From the NCBI RefSeq assembly GCF_009914755.1, contig NC_060934.1: a DNA stretch of 64,000 bases, one strand, 5' to 3'. The notes under the pieces are model-generated. The model saw only the letters and a list, made by a program, of their open reading frames with translations. It was not told the DNA's origin and ran no database searches. This stretch comes from the human T2T-CHM13v2.0 reference genome, Homo sapiens. Made by a program: the position numbers and the translations under genes. Below are positions 16,781-40,115 of the stretch, piece by piece (position 1 is the stretch's first letter; every line of letters starts with the position of its first letter).

Positions 16781-17884
16781 TTAATTTTATTTATTATTCA
16801 ACACATTAGAATGACTTTAAGATTAAACTACTTAGAGTTTCTTGAAGCAGAACACCAACTTAATAACCTGTACCCTGGCCATAATTATAAAACAGAAAAC
16901 CTGGCATAAAGAAAGAGCTCAATAAATATGTATTGAATGAACACAGACAAAACACCAGAAAATTCACAACACTTCTGTCCTATTGTTGGGAGGGTTTCCT
17001 ATCTAAGGCAAGGAATATCTCTACGTTTATCTCTTAATATCTACCTCCATGATACTGATTTCTATAAGGATAGTCTTGAGAATGCCATTCATTTTGGCTA
17101 ATCAGTAACATATCTGAGTGCTTATACTTGCCAGGTGCCATCCTAGGAACTAACCTTTGTTAATTCTCGCAATGCTATATAATAGGTAATAGTATTATTC
17201 TATTTCAAAAACAGAGAAAAGTGAAATAACTTGCCCACACAGTTAATGTGGAGAGAAATTTCTCTCTGGTCTCAGTATCAGAACAGTTGATATGTTCTTA
17301 TTTTAAAGTCAACGTGAATCATGTTTGCCTTTTTATCCTGGTTACTGGAAAGCTTATAGTCAAGTTTGTGGGCCTCTTCTAGAATAGGAGACATTATGAC
17401 TTACACTTTTCATACTAACCTTACTTAACTTTTCTTAAAAGAAAGTTAGGCTTTCTTTTACTTTCTTCTTTCTTTTAACTTTAATTTTCAGCAAGTTTTT
17501 ACTTTTATCTCACTGCCTGTACTTTTTATGAATTTCTGAAATCCCTTCTTGAAAAAGGCAAGATTTAAAAAAATGGTATTGGACATCTAGGCTGTTTCAT
17601 TTTTTGTCTATGGTAAGTACCACTCTGATAAACTTTTGCTGAACTTAATTTTTCATCATTATTTTAGGAATTGATCCCTAGAAACAAAATTCTGAAATAT
17701 AAATTATGGGATCTTTAAAATTTTATTGTGAAATATTTGACATATACATAATAATACATATAACAGACAAGTTATGAAGCATAATAAAACAAACACCACG
17801 AGCCTCCCACTTACCCTGAGAAAGGAAGCATCAGCACTCCATTTGAAGCCCATGCCCTGCCTCCCTTTTCTAGTACATTATTAA

Positions 17885-18759
<875 letters not shown>

Positions 18760-19418
18760 TTCTACCACTATTTACGTATCAGCTTTCCTCTAAATGGACA
18801 TCTCAATTATTGTCAGTTTTTTGCTATTAGGAACAATGCTGTTATGAACATTCTTAGATAACTGTGCTGATGAAAGAAAAACAAGAGTTCTGAGACTAGG
18901 GTATATATCTGGAAGTGGAACTGCCGGCCTTTCAAGATAATGCCCAATCATTCTGCAAAATAATCACACCAACACTTTTTATCAGCTATGTATAAGAGTG
19001 CCCACTGCTTTGCATCACCACCAGCACTTGGTATTGTCAGTTTTTATTTTTTGCCACTCTCTTCGGTCTAAAAATGGTAGAGATAAACTATTTAATGCTC
19101 CCAATGTAGTCTGCCAAATTAATTTCCAGAAAAATGTATCAATTTGCAATCCCACTAGTATATATGAGAATATGCATTTCTTAGTATCCTTAACAAAATC
19201 AAACATAATAAAAAATCTTTGCTAGAGGAAAAGTGACAACTCATTTTAATTAGTATTTCTTTGATTACTAGGTTGACCATTTTTCTAACATATGTAGTGG
19301 TCATTTATATTTCTTCCTCTGTGAATTTTTTATGTTGTCTATTTTTAAAAATAGCAGTGCTGATACTTGTCTCATTAGCTTAAGATTAAAAATATTTGCT
19401 TTTTGTTAATGTATTGCC

Positions 19419-19757
19419 TTTTTTTTTTTTTTTTTTAATTTGAGGCAGGGTCTCACTCTGTCACCCAGGCTGCAGCACAGTGGTGTGATCAACACTTAAT
19501 GCAGCCTCAACTTCCTGGGCTCAAGCAATCCTCCCACCTCAGCCCCCTGAGTAGCTAGGACTACAGGCGTGTGCCACCATGCCCAGCTATGTTTCTAAAA
19601 AATTTAATACAAATAAATATAAAAACCAAATTTTCTTTTTGTAGAGACGGGGTTTTCCTCTGTTGCCCAGGATGGTCTCAAACTCCTGGCCTCAAGTGAT
19701 CCTCCCACTTTGGCCTTCCAGTGTGCTGGGATTACAGGCATGAGCCACCCTGCCTGC
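19419..19757 (-). mobile_element. AluJ
   Basis: J diagnostics (GCAGCCTCAAC.TCCTGGGCTCAAGC). Confidence 0.85.
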
Positions 19758-19773
19758 CAATTTTTTTGCCCAG

Positions 19774-20184
19774 TGTATTAGTCCATTTGTGTTGCTATAA
19801 AGGAATACCTGAAGCTGGGTAATTCATAAAGAAAAGAGGTTTATTTTGGTTCTGCAGGCTATAGGGGAAGGATGGTGCCAGCCTCTGCTTCTGGTGAAGG
19901 CTTCAGGGAGCTAACAGACATGGTGGAAGTTGAAGTGGGAGCAGGCATATTACATGGCAAGAGTAAAGAGGAAAAGAGAGGGGGAAGGTTCCAGGCTGTT
20001 TTAAAAAACCAGCTCTCATGTGAACGAGAGCAAGAACTCATTCATTACTATGGGGACGGCACCAGGCCATTCATGAGGGATCCACTCCCACGACCCAAAC
20101 ACCTCCACTAGGCACAGCCTCCAACATTGCGGGGGTCACATTTCAACATGAGATTTGTAGGGGACGAATATCCAAACCACATCA
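19774..20184 (-). mobile_element. MST (MSTB-like) MaLR solo LTR
   Basis: TGTATTAGTCCATTTG...CCAAACCACATCA termini, near-TSD CCCAG/CTCAG. Confidence 0.85.
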
Positions 20185-20254
20185 CTCAGTTTGCCCATCT
20201 GTTAATTTTGTTTAGGTCTGTTTTATGTGTGGAAATTTAAAATCTTTATTGTAG

Positions 20255-21108
<854 letters not shown>

Positions 21109-22439
21109 TAAGAAAGTAATTAAATATTGACCTACAGTTTCTTTATTTTAAACAAGGAAACATAAAATATTAAAACATATTCCTCAATATCAATCAATGA
21201 CGATGATTAAATCCTTAGAACAAAACAGCAGATCATCAGCTCAGTTTGTTTTAAAAAGTCCTCCAGTACTGACTTTAACTTCTCTGAGTGCTTGGGAATT
21301 TGGAATAGAATGGGGGCATTTACCTCTAATTTAATCACATTCCCCTTGTGGAAGGAATAATCTTGAGTAAATCCAGTTCACTTAACTTTTTTTTTTTTAA
21401 CCAGCTTAAATGTATGTCATTAGGTATGGAGAGATGGAGAAAGTGGGAAATAATAATTCAGTTCCAAAGCAAAGAAGGCCTAAATGGGCCATCTTCCTTA
21501 CTTAGAAAAATTCTCTAGATGGTTAAAGAACAATCCATATTCTAACATTTATAACGGCAAACATTTACATAGCACTTATTATGTACCAGAGCCTATACTA
21601 AGTGCTTTCCATCAACTCGCAGAGCATTTTAAATTACATAAAACTTGTTGGTTATCTTTCCTTCAGACCTTGATCAATATGAATAAGCCTTAAACTCTGG
21701 CAGAATTAACTGCTATTTAATATTCCAACCAATCTATGCAGTTCATGTTTCCACATGAAATTGCTAAAAATTTCATGCCATTTTTCCTTTTAGATGACTC
21801 TTCAGCAAGCAGAAGATCTTATATCCAATTTCTGCTTTCAATAACATGAAAAACCCTAGTCTTGTGTTACATACTTCTCTGAGATTTAGGAGGCCCAACA
21901 TTATTCAGAGTTCAAAGATGTTCTTCTTTTCATATGGGATTGTAAGAGTTTTGGAAACAGAGAGACTGTCTGTTAGAACAAAATATAACAGCTCCAAATT
22001 TAGGAGTTAAGAACCAAGGACTAATTGTAGTAGAAAAGCAAACTGCTATTTTCTCTCACCTGAGTGCCAGTTTGCTTTCCTCTAACTCCATCAAAGAGCA
22101 CTCTGGGATCTACTGCTTAGATGAAAATATTAATACAACACATTCCCACACTCCTTTTGTCCTAGCATTGCTGACAGCTTATCAGCATTCATAAGAGAGT
22201 TGGAAATTTAGCTTGTTCATATACTCAACACCTAAAGACCCCTATACCAGGCTTGATATGCTGATTTTTCCTAAAGATGTGGCAAACTGTGGAAAGCAGT
22301 AACAAATGTGAAAAGCTGTTAGGAAGTAATGATAATAATTAAGATATAGGATTTACTTTGGGCTTTAGTAATCCATAGTTGATTATCTCCTCATCATTGT
22401 GAGTAACTGAATAAATAAAAATAAAAATGAAGAAATAAA

Positions 22440-22742
22440 GGCCAGGTATGGTGGCTCATGCCTGTGATCCCAGCACTTTTGGAGGGAAGGTGGGAGTACT
22501 GCTTGAGGCCAGGAGTTCGAGAGCAGCCTGGGCAGCACAGTGAGACCTGATTCTACAAAAATTTAAAAATTAGCTGGGCATGGTACCATGTGCCTGTAGT
22601 CCCAGCTACTTGGGAGGCTGAAGTGAGAGGATCACTTGAGTCCAGGAGTTCAAGGCTGCGGTGAGCTATGATCATGCCACTGCACTCCACCCTGGGCCAG
22701 AGTGAGACCCTGTTACAAAAAAAAAAAAAAAAAAAAAAAAAA
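22440..22742 (+). mobile_element. AluJ whose A-tail hosts the full-length L1
   Basis: J diagnostics (GAGTTCAAGGCTGCGGTGAGCTATGATC). Its 5' flank AAGAAATAAA recurs after the L1 poly(A). Confidence 0.85.
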
Positions 22743-22963
22743 GTGGGGGGCGTTCCAAGATGGCTGAATAGGAACAGCTCTGGTCTGCAGCTACCAGCAT
22801 GATCGATGCAGAAGATGAGTGATTTCTGCATTTCCAATTGAGGTATCTGGTTCATCTCACTGGGACTGGTTGGATAGTGGGGGCAGCCCACGGAGGACGA
22901 GCTGAAGCAGGGCGGGGTGTCACCTCACCTGGGAAGCGCAAGGGGTTGGGGGATTTCCCTTTC

Positions 22964-23182
22964 CTAGCCAAGGGAAGCCGTGACAGACTGCCTGGAAAAA
23001 CGGGACACTCCTGCCCAAATACTGTGCTTTTCCCAAGGTGTTAGCAACTGGCAGACAAGGAGATTCTCTCCGGTGCCTGGCTCAGCATGTCCCACGCCCA
23101 CGGAGCCTTGCTCACTGCTAGCGCAGCAGTCTGCGATCGAACTGCAAGGCTGCAGCTGGGCAGGGGGAGAGGTATCCACCAT
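22964..23182 (-). CDS. L1 ORF0 homologue (72 aa, open) on the antisense strand of the L1 5'UTR; expression unproven
   Basis: MVDTSPPAQLQPCSSIADCCASSEQGSVGVGHAEPG...GVSRFSR is colinear with the recalled L1HS ORF0 (PP...PCS.I.DCCAS...SVGVG..EPG...GV.RFSR). Start context GCAATGG (-3 G, +4 G). Confidence 0.6.
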   Translation of the reverse strand: MVDTSPPAQLQPCSSIADCCASSEQGSVGVGHAEPGTGENLLVCQLLTPWEKHSIWAGVSRFSRQSVTASLG

Positions 23183-23780
23183 TGCTCAGGCTTGAGTAGG
23201 TAAACAAAGCGGTCGGGAAGCTTGAACTGGGCGAAGCCCACCCCAGCTCAACAAGGCCTACTGCCTCTAGACTACACCTCTGTGGGCAGGGCATAGCTGA
23301 ACAAAAGCCAGCAGACAACTTCTTCAGACTTAAACGTCCCCGTCTGACAGCTCTGAAGAGAGCAGTGGTTCTCCCAGCACGGCGTTTGAGCTCTGAAAAT
23401 GGACAGAATGCCTCTTCAAGTGGGTCCCTGACCCCCATGTAGCCTAACTGGGAGACACCTCCCAGTAGGGGCTGACAGACACCTCATATAGGCGGCTGCC
23501 CCTCTGGAACGACACTTCCAGAGGAAGGATCAGGCAGCAATATTTGCTGTTCTGCAATATTTGCTGTTCTGCAGCCTCCACTGGTGATACCCAGGCAAAC
23601 AGGGTCTGGAGTGGACCTCCAGCCAACTCCAACAGACCTGCAGCTGAGGGACCTGACTGTTAGAAGGAAAACTAACAAACAGAAAGGAATAGCATCAACA
23701 TCAACAAAAAGGACGTCCACACCAAAACTCCATCTGTAGATCACCAACATCAAAGACCAAAGGTAGATAAAACCACAAAG

Positions 23781-24785
23781 ATGGGGAGAAACCAGAGCAG
23801 AAAAGCTAAAAATTCTAAAAATCAGAGCGCATCTTCTCCAAAGGATCGCAGCTCCTTGCCAGCAACAGAACAAAGCTAGACAGAGAATGACTTTGACGAG
23901 TTGACAGAAGTAGGCTTCAGAAGGTCGGTAATAACAAACTTCTCCAAGATAAAGGAGGATGTTCGAACCCATCGCAATGAAGCTAAAAACCTTGAAAAAA
24001 GATGAGATGAATAGCTAATTAGAATAAACAGTGCAGAGAAGACCTTAAATGAACTGATGGAGCTGAAAACCATGGCATGAGAACTTCGTGACGTATGCAC
24101 AAGCTTCAGCAGCCGATTCGATCAAGTGGAAGAAAGGGTATCAGTGATTGAAGATCAAATTAATGAAATAAAACAAAAAGATAAGAGTAAAAAAACGAAC
24201 AAAGCCTCCAAGAAATATGGGACTATGTGCAAAGACCAAATCTACGTTTGTCTGGTGTACCTAAAAGTGATGGGGAGAATGGAAGCAAGTTGAAAAACAC
24301 TCTTCAGGATATTATCCAGGAGAACTTCCCCAACCTAGCAAGGCAGGCCAACATTCAAATTCAGGAAATACAGAGAATGCCACAAAGATACTCCTCGAGA
24401 AGAGCAGCTCCAAGACTCATAATGGTCAGATTCACCAAGGTTGAAATGAAGGAAAAAGCGTTAAGGGCAGCCAGAGAGAAAGGTTGAGTTACCCACAAAG
24501 GGAGACCCATCAGACTAACAGCAGATCTCTCGGCAGAAACCCTACAAGCCAGAAGAGAGTGGGGGCCAATATTCAACATTCTTAAAGAAAATAATTTAAC
24601 CCAGAATTTCATATCCAGCCAAACTAAGCTTCATAAGTGAAGGAGAAATAAAATCCTTTACAGACAAGCAAATGCCAAGAGATTTTGTCACCACCAGGCC
24701 TGACTTACAGGAGCTCCTGAAGGAAGCACTCAACATAGAAAGGAACAACCGGTACCAGCCACTGCAAAAACTTGCCAAATTGTAA
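23781..24785 (+). pseudogene. L1 ORF1p (RNA-binding chaperone), disrupted
   Basis: ATG GGG AGA AAC CAG at 23781. Recognisable ORF1 fragments (RPNLRL.GVP..DGENG, QENFPNLARQANIQIQEIQR) with in-frame stops (e.g. TAG at 23877) and frameshifts. Confidence 0.88.
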
Positions 24786-24849
24786 AGACCATTGATTAGC
24801 ATGAAGAAACTGCATAATTTAATAGGCAAAATAACCAGTGAACATCATA

Positions 24850-28683
<3,834 letters not shown>

Positions 28684-28939
28684 ACAATGAGGTCACTTCA
28701 ACAGGGCAGGGAACATCACACACCAGGGCCTGTTGGGGGGTGGGGGGCTGGGGAAGGGTTAGCATTAGGAGAAATACCTAATGTAAATGATGAGTTGATG
28801 GGTGCAGCAAACCAACATGGCACATGTATACCTGTGTATCAAACCTGCGTTGTGCACATGTACTCTAGAACTTAAATTATTTAAAAAAAAAAAAAAAGAA
28901 ATAAAAAACCAAGTCAATATATTTATTCACTTATTTTTA

Positions 28940-30390
<1,451 letters not shown>

Positions 30391-30420
30391 TGTCCTTTAT
30401 TTTTTGAAAATAGTTTTCTC

Positions 30421-31725
<1,305 letters not shown>

Positions 31726-31733
31726 GAAAATAG

Positions 31734-32081
<348 letters not shown>

Positions 32082-33254
32082 CAGCCTTGCATTGTTTACT
32101 GTGCCTGTGTCGCACACAGAGCTGGGGTACACTGCGTTTGCTCAATAAATAATTGTGGTTGACTGGTTAAATCTCTGCTTCGTTAGAAAGTCACCTACCC
32201 ATTCTGTATTAATCATCTAACAGGAGCACAAGACACATTTTCCAGTCTACACTCTTAAATACCTACGGAGAGAATGTGATACTTCATTAGAATTGGTAAT
32301 TATTCCCAGAGGAGAAAATCCTAAAGCTGCTCCTGAACTTTCAAGGATATGATAGGCTGTGGGCTCTGCTACAAAGCTCCATTTGCTCCTTTGCCTGAGT
32401 CCAGTTATATATAAAGTTCTCAATAATATTCAGCTCATATCTAAAAGACTGAAAGAAACAAAAGCAGGTAAGTAACTCAGGAAGCATGCAGGCAGGATAG
32501 GCAACATCAGACTTTGTAGGCCAAAACAATTTGTACCCAGGGTCTGAAACTATGCTGGAAGGATAAATTAGGTAAAAATGGTAGGTACATTTATTTATTC
32601 AAGTGAAAACCAAAAAATCTTATCGGTAAGGTTGCCTTTCTTCTGTCACTTGATTTTAGAAAACTCTACTGTATCTTCAATTTTCATAAAATTCAAATCA
32701 GGGTAGATGTCTGAAAATCATTATAGTCACACTTTAGCCCATTATGAAAATGAGAATATTGATCAAAACACAGAGGGATCCACTCATCTAAATTAGAAAT
32801 CTGAATTGAAGGATCCATACTCAGCTGATTATTTGTAGGAATCCTTTCATTTAGTCTTCACTCACTAAAATTCTAGCTTGGTAGCTTCTGGGAAATACTT
32901 TTTGCAGCACGACATATTCCCTGTTTTGGCTCTCTGGAAAGATTGGGGGATTCTTCTTGCATCCATATCAAGGCTGTTCATTATCTGGGGAATATAAATG
33001 AAGCTAGTACAGTGGCAAAAATACAAGATTTGCAGTTAGGCAGACTTGGGTTTGGTTTTTTCCTTGGTTATGTATCAACTGTGTACTTCTGGGCAATTTT
33101 TAACCTTTCTAAGCCTCAGTTCCCTCATCTATAAAATCAGTATAAAAGCAGTACCTCCCTCTTGGGATTACTGTGAGGGTAAAGTTAGATAATAGATGTG
33201 AAACCATATAAAAGCCCCAGTTTTAGGAGATAAGAACTAAGGACTAACTGTTGT

Positions 33255-34114
<860 letters not shown>

Positions 34115-35447
34115 CAGTAGGATGCCTGGCACATACTAAGAGCTCAGTAAATATTGGCTGCTATTAATAATGATAGTAAGAACAATGAACAAAAGCTGCA
34201 AGTAATAAGTTTGTGGTCACACTTGCTTCTGTTAACTTTAGCTCTATTTAAAGAGAAATAAACTTTCTGTCTTCTACAAAGACAACAAAAAATAAGATTG
34301 AGAAAGGAAAGAAAAACTGTAAGTAAGTAATTCTCTTAATCCTCTCCTTTCTACTCTTCACATGAACATTTTGCATGTTTATAAGAAGAGAAATAAAAGA
34401 GATGGGCAAGACTGGAACTATGCTTAGAGCATGGAAAGTTGAATTATAACCTCTTTTTGCCCGTAAAAACCAGATTTCTGCAAAGGTTTACGGAAACAGG
34501 AGCAGTAGGGACAAACTATAAGGCCTGAAGTTACTATGTATGGGGCACAAATAGGTTGAGGGATAATAATGTACAAAATGCTTCCGATTCACTCTCTCAT
34601 TTGAGTCTCATAATAACCTTTGAAGTAGGCATAATAGCTACTGCCTAGAGGGACCTGGGATTTGAAGAGATAATAGGACAACACCAAGATCATAATATAG
34701 GCTAGAGGGTTTTAAAATTACTCTATACAGATATATATTATTGGCATGATTATAGTCATGACAAAATTGTATATTACTGTTTCTATGAATGACTTAACAA
34801 GCCCATAATTACAGACTGACTGTAAGTATACATATATATTCCTAATAAAAAGAAGAAAAAGAAAACCTAGGTAAGCAATTATATGTTAAACTGCTAGTTT
34901 ATAACCAGGAGGCAATGCTGTTAAAAATAGTTACTACTTGAAGTTTTCTATAGGAACAATTTCACAGATGCAATATACGAAAAAATCATTGGTGTACAGG
35001 CAGAAGTTAAAAAAAAAGATATGAAAAAATCAATTGTGCCTCAGTTAGGAAAATGGCCATGTTCAATGAATCTATCATGAAAAGTCTTGCTATGCTCCAC
35101 AAAAGCTGGAGAGTTTAACTGAGAGGAACAGAGGTCTATTATATTAGAACGATAAAACAGTTAAGGTTATATCTGCTTTTACCTGGATGAACTGAGCTAA
35201 ATTATGAAGTTGCATATTCTCAAATTTCTGCCTACACTAAAAACCTACATTTTGAGGACACCATCTGTAAAATTAGTAACACATTATTCTTCAGTCTCCA
35301 GAGCTCAAATCCCAGTTGATCTCACTTTTTCTGATGACCCACCCCTTCTTTGATTGGCTTAATCTTATCATCCATTTTAATTCTCACCATTCAGAAAGCC
35401 ATTGCATAGGTGATGAGCTCATTCACATTGGGCACCATGGAAAAAGT

Positions 35448-35448
35448 T

Positions 35449-35492
<44 letters not shown>

Positions 35493-35506
35493 TGTGTGTG
35501 TGTATA

Positions 35507-35558
<52 letters not shown>

Positions 35559-35566
35559 TTTTTTTT
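35448..35566. repeat. Compound microsatellite (TA)n(TG)n(TA)n(T)n at an Alu tail
   Basis: Read directly from the sequence. Confidence 0.95.
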
Positions 35567-35822
35567 GAGACAAAGTCTTGCTCTCTTGCCGAGGCTCACT
35601 GCAACCTCCGCCTCCTGGTTCAAGTGATTCTCCTGACTCAGCCTCCTGAGTAGCTGGGATTACAGGTGCCCACCACCATGCCCAGCTAATTTCTGTATTT
35701 TTAGTAGAGACAGGGTTTCACCATGTTGGCCAGGCTGTTCTGGAACTCCTGACCTCAAGTCATCCGCCCACCTTGGCCTCCCAAAGTGCTGCAATTACAG
35801 GTGTGAGCCACCGCACCTGGCC
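35541..35822 (-). mobile_element. AluS with an internal deletion
   Basis: TTGCCGAGGCTCACTG junction lacks the GGAGTGCAGTGG...TC segment. Confidence 0.85.
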
Positions 35823-36274
35823 AAGTTAATATTTTTTAATACACTAAACATTACATTGGAAAGTGCCCATTTTTTAGAAAAGGAGAGCTAGAGATTGGAA
35901 CACAATATATAGAAATTAGAATTCAGATTAAGTTGACTGACAAGCATTAGGAAAAATGCAATAAAGATTGGGAGACTGAGGCTCAGAAACATGTAGCTTA
36001 AGGAAGCTTTAATACACAAAGTGAGAACAGTCCAAACACAGGCAGGTGAATGGCAAAGGATCTAATGGGCCACACTGTATCACTGTCATTCTCCTTTCAT
36101 AAAGGAAAAAAAAAGAAAATATTTTCCCCCTTAAGAACAGGAAAACCATGAAGTCCTTTAATGATAACAATTGTAAAAAACAGCCAGGGAGAAAATTTGC
36201 AAGATTTCTTTTACAGTGCTGTAACCTATTGGTTAATTATAAGTTTAGCTGTCCCTTGCTAGACAATTAAGCTT

Positions 36275-36884
<610 letters not shown>

Positions 36885-38040
36885 TAAGTTTCTTAGAGTA
36901 CCACAGACAGACCATTAAGTCAGGTTATGTTTTAAATCCTGCAGCAGTAAAGCGTTTTTTTATTTTTTTCTTTCTGGTCATCAAGTTAATTAAGGTTTTC
37001 TTTAGTTTTTTTTTAAAAGCAACTTAAGAAACATAAACGATACTTCTCAATTTTGTGGTACTTTTTCATTTTTAAAACAGCTAATGAGGAATGTTTCATG
37101 CTTAAGTATATTGGTCTATCTCTAGATCGAACTTCACATTTACAAACATGGCTTTTAGGAGTTCCCACATATGTTTGGGAAGTGGAGTGGGCAAAATCCT
37201 GGAGAAGACAGAATTGTTGAAAGCGGGGCTGATACCCCAGAATGTGCCTAATATACTAGACCATAGGTGCCACAGAGAGCTGGAGAGGGAGTGGGCATCA
37301 ACATGTATGTGTACTTTGCCAGGCTTTCGTCCACATCTGATATTTACTAATTCAACACTATTTCCTGAAAATCTGGTTTGTGTTCTGTCTCTGGGAAGCA
37401 CTAAGGAAATAATGGCGGGCCCAACACTCTCGTGAAAGTTCTCAGGGAGTGTTTGCAGAGAGACAGGTATTTAACAAACAATGAAATGACTATGTAATTA
37501 AGTGATTTGAAAAAAAAGTACAGAGTCCTTTGGAAATGTGTAACAAAAATGTGATCTAATTTGGGGTGGAGAGGTGGTGAAGCAGGAAAAGATATGAGTG
37601 AGGTTTAAGTGAGCTCTGAGCGATAAAAACAAGGTAACTAGGTGAAGGAGAAGGAAGAGAGCTCCAGGGAAATCAATAGTGGTGCAAAGGCTCTTAGTTA
37701 AGAGTGATTGATGAGATGAATCACGTAGTTAGGCGGCAACTGAAGTAGCCCAAGCAAAAGACAAGAATGGTGGTGGAGACAGAGACAGGTGGTCAGATGA
37801 GATGATGTTTCTGACAGTGATTGTGCGAACGGAGGTGACTGAAGGTATCAGTGCCAAACAGGTTCTTTTCTGCTTCATACACATTCCGGGGAACTAACTC
37901 TAACAACTTGCAAAGCCTGTGGTTGCATGGCTTTCTCACTGCTAATCTTAAATCTTTACTAAAACAAAGTCAGATCATGCTTCGTTTCTGCCTTGCAGGT
38001 CTTTCTCTTGCTGGTGCTAGCAGAATATTCTCATGTTTGA

Positions 38041-39517
<1,477 letters not shown>

Positions 39518-39855
39518 AGTTAGTTATTTTCAATTCTATCCCTTCACTACAATTCGAATACTCACTTTTCTTCCTCTAGCTGTCAGGAAGCTGGGAGGCA
39601 ATAACAAGCCCCAAATCATCTAGGGAGGATACACGCTATCTATGGCCTTGCCATACCAGAGAAGACTGCCACATAAACATGAGGCCAAGATTATATATCA
39701 ATTGTTTTCAGTCTGGAGGCAGGGAAGTTAATCAGTATTTTAAATCAGAGCTACCTAACTGAATACACTAAAAATGATGCCACCATGGTAATATAATGAG
39801 GAAATGACATATTCTTCTGTCACATTCCAGCAGAGAGAGGCAGGTATTTCAAATA

Positions 39856-40115
39856 CAGTCATGTGCCACATAACAATGTTTTGATCACTGAGACTGCACA
39901 GATGATGGTGTATATGTTTAGATACACAATTACCTACCATTATGTTGCAACTGCCCTCTATGGTATTCAGTACAGTAACATACTTGACAAGTTTGTAGCC
40001 TTGGAGCAACAGGCTGTCTAGGTTTGTGTAAGTTCACTCTATGATGTTTGCACACTGAAATCGCCTAATGATGCATTTCTCAGAATGTATCCCCATCGCT
40101 AGGCAATGCATACTG
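39856..40115. mobile_element. Tigger3-family MITE
   Basis: CAGTCATGTGCCACATAAC ... GCAATGCATACTG termini, flanked by TA on both sides. Confidence 0.8.

Noticed and set aside
22990-23078. In-frame ORF0-MICU1 fusion protein
   Set aside because: The usual ORF0 donors are GC in this copy (CAG|GCACCG, CAG|GCAGTC) and phase 1/2, whereas the MICU1 acceptor is phase 0.
23537-23570. 17-bp tandem repeat GCAATATTTGCTGTTCT
   Set aside because: A similar doublet is a normal feature of older L1PA 5'UTRs, so it is probably not locus-specific.
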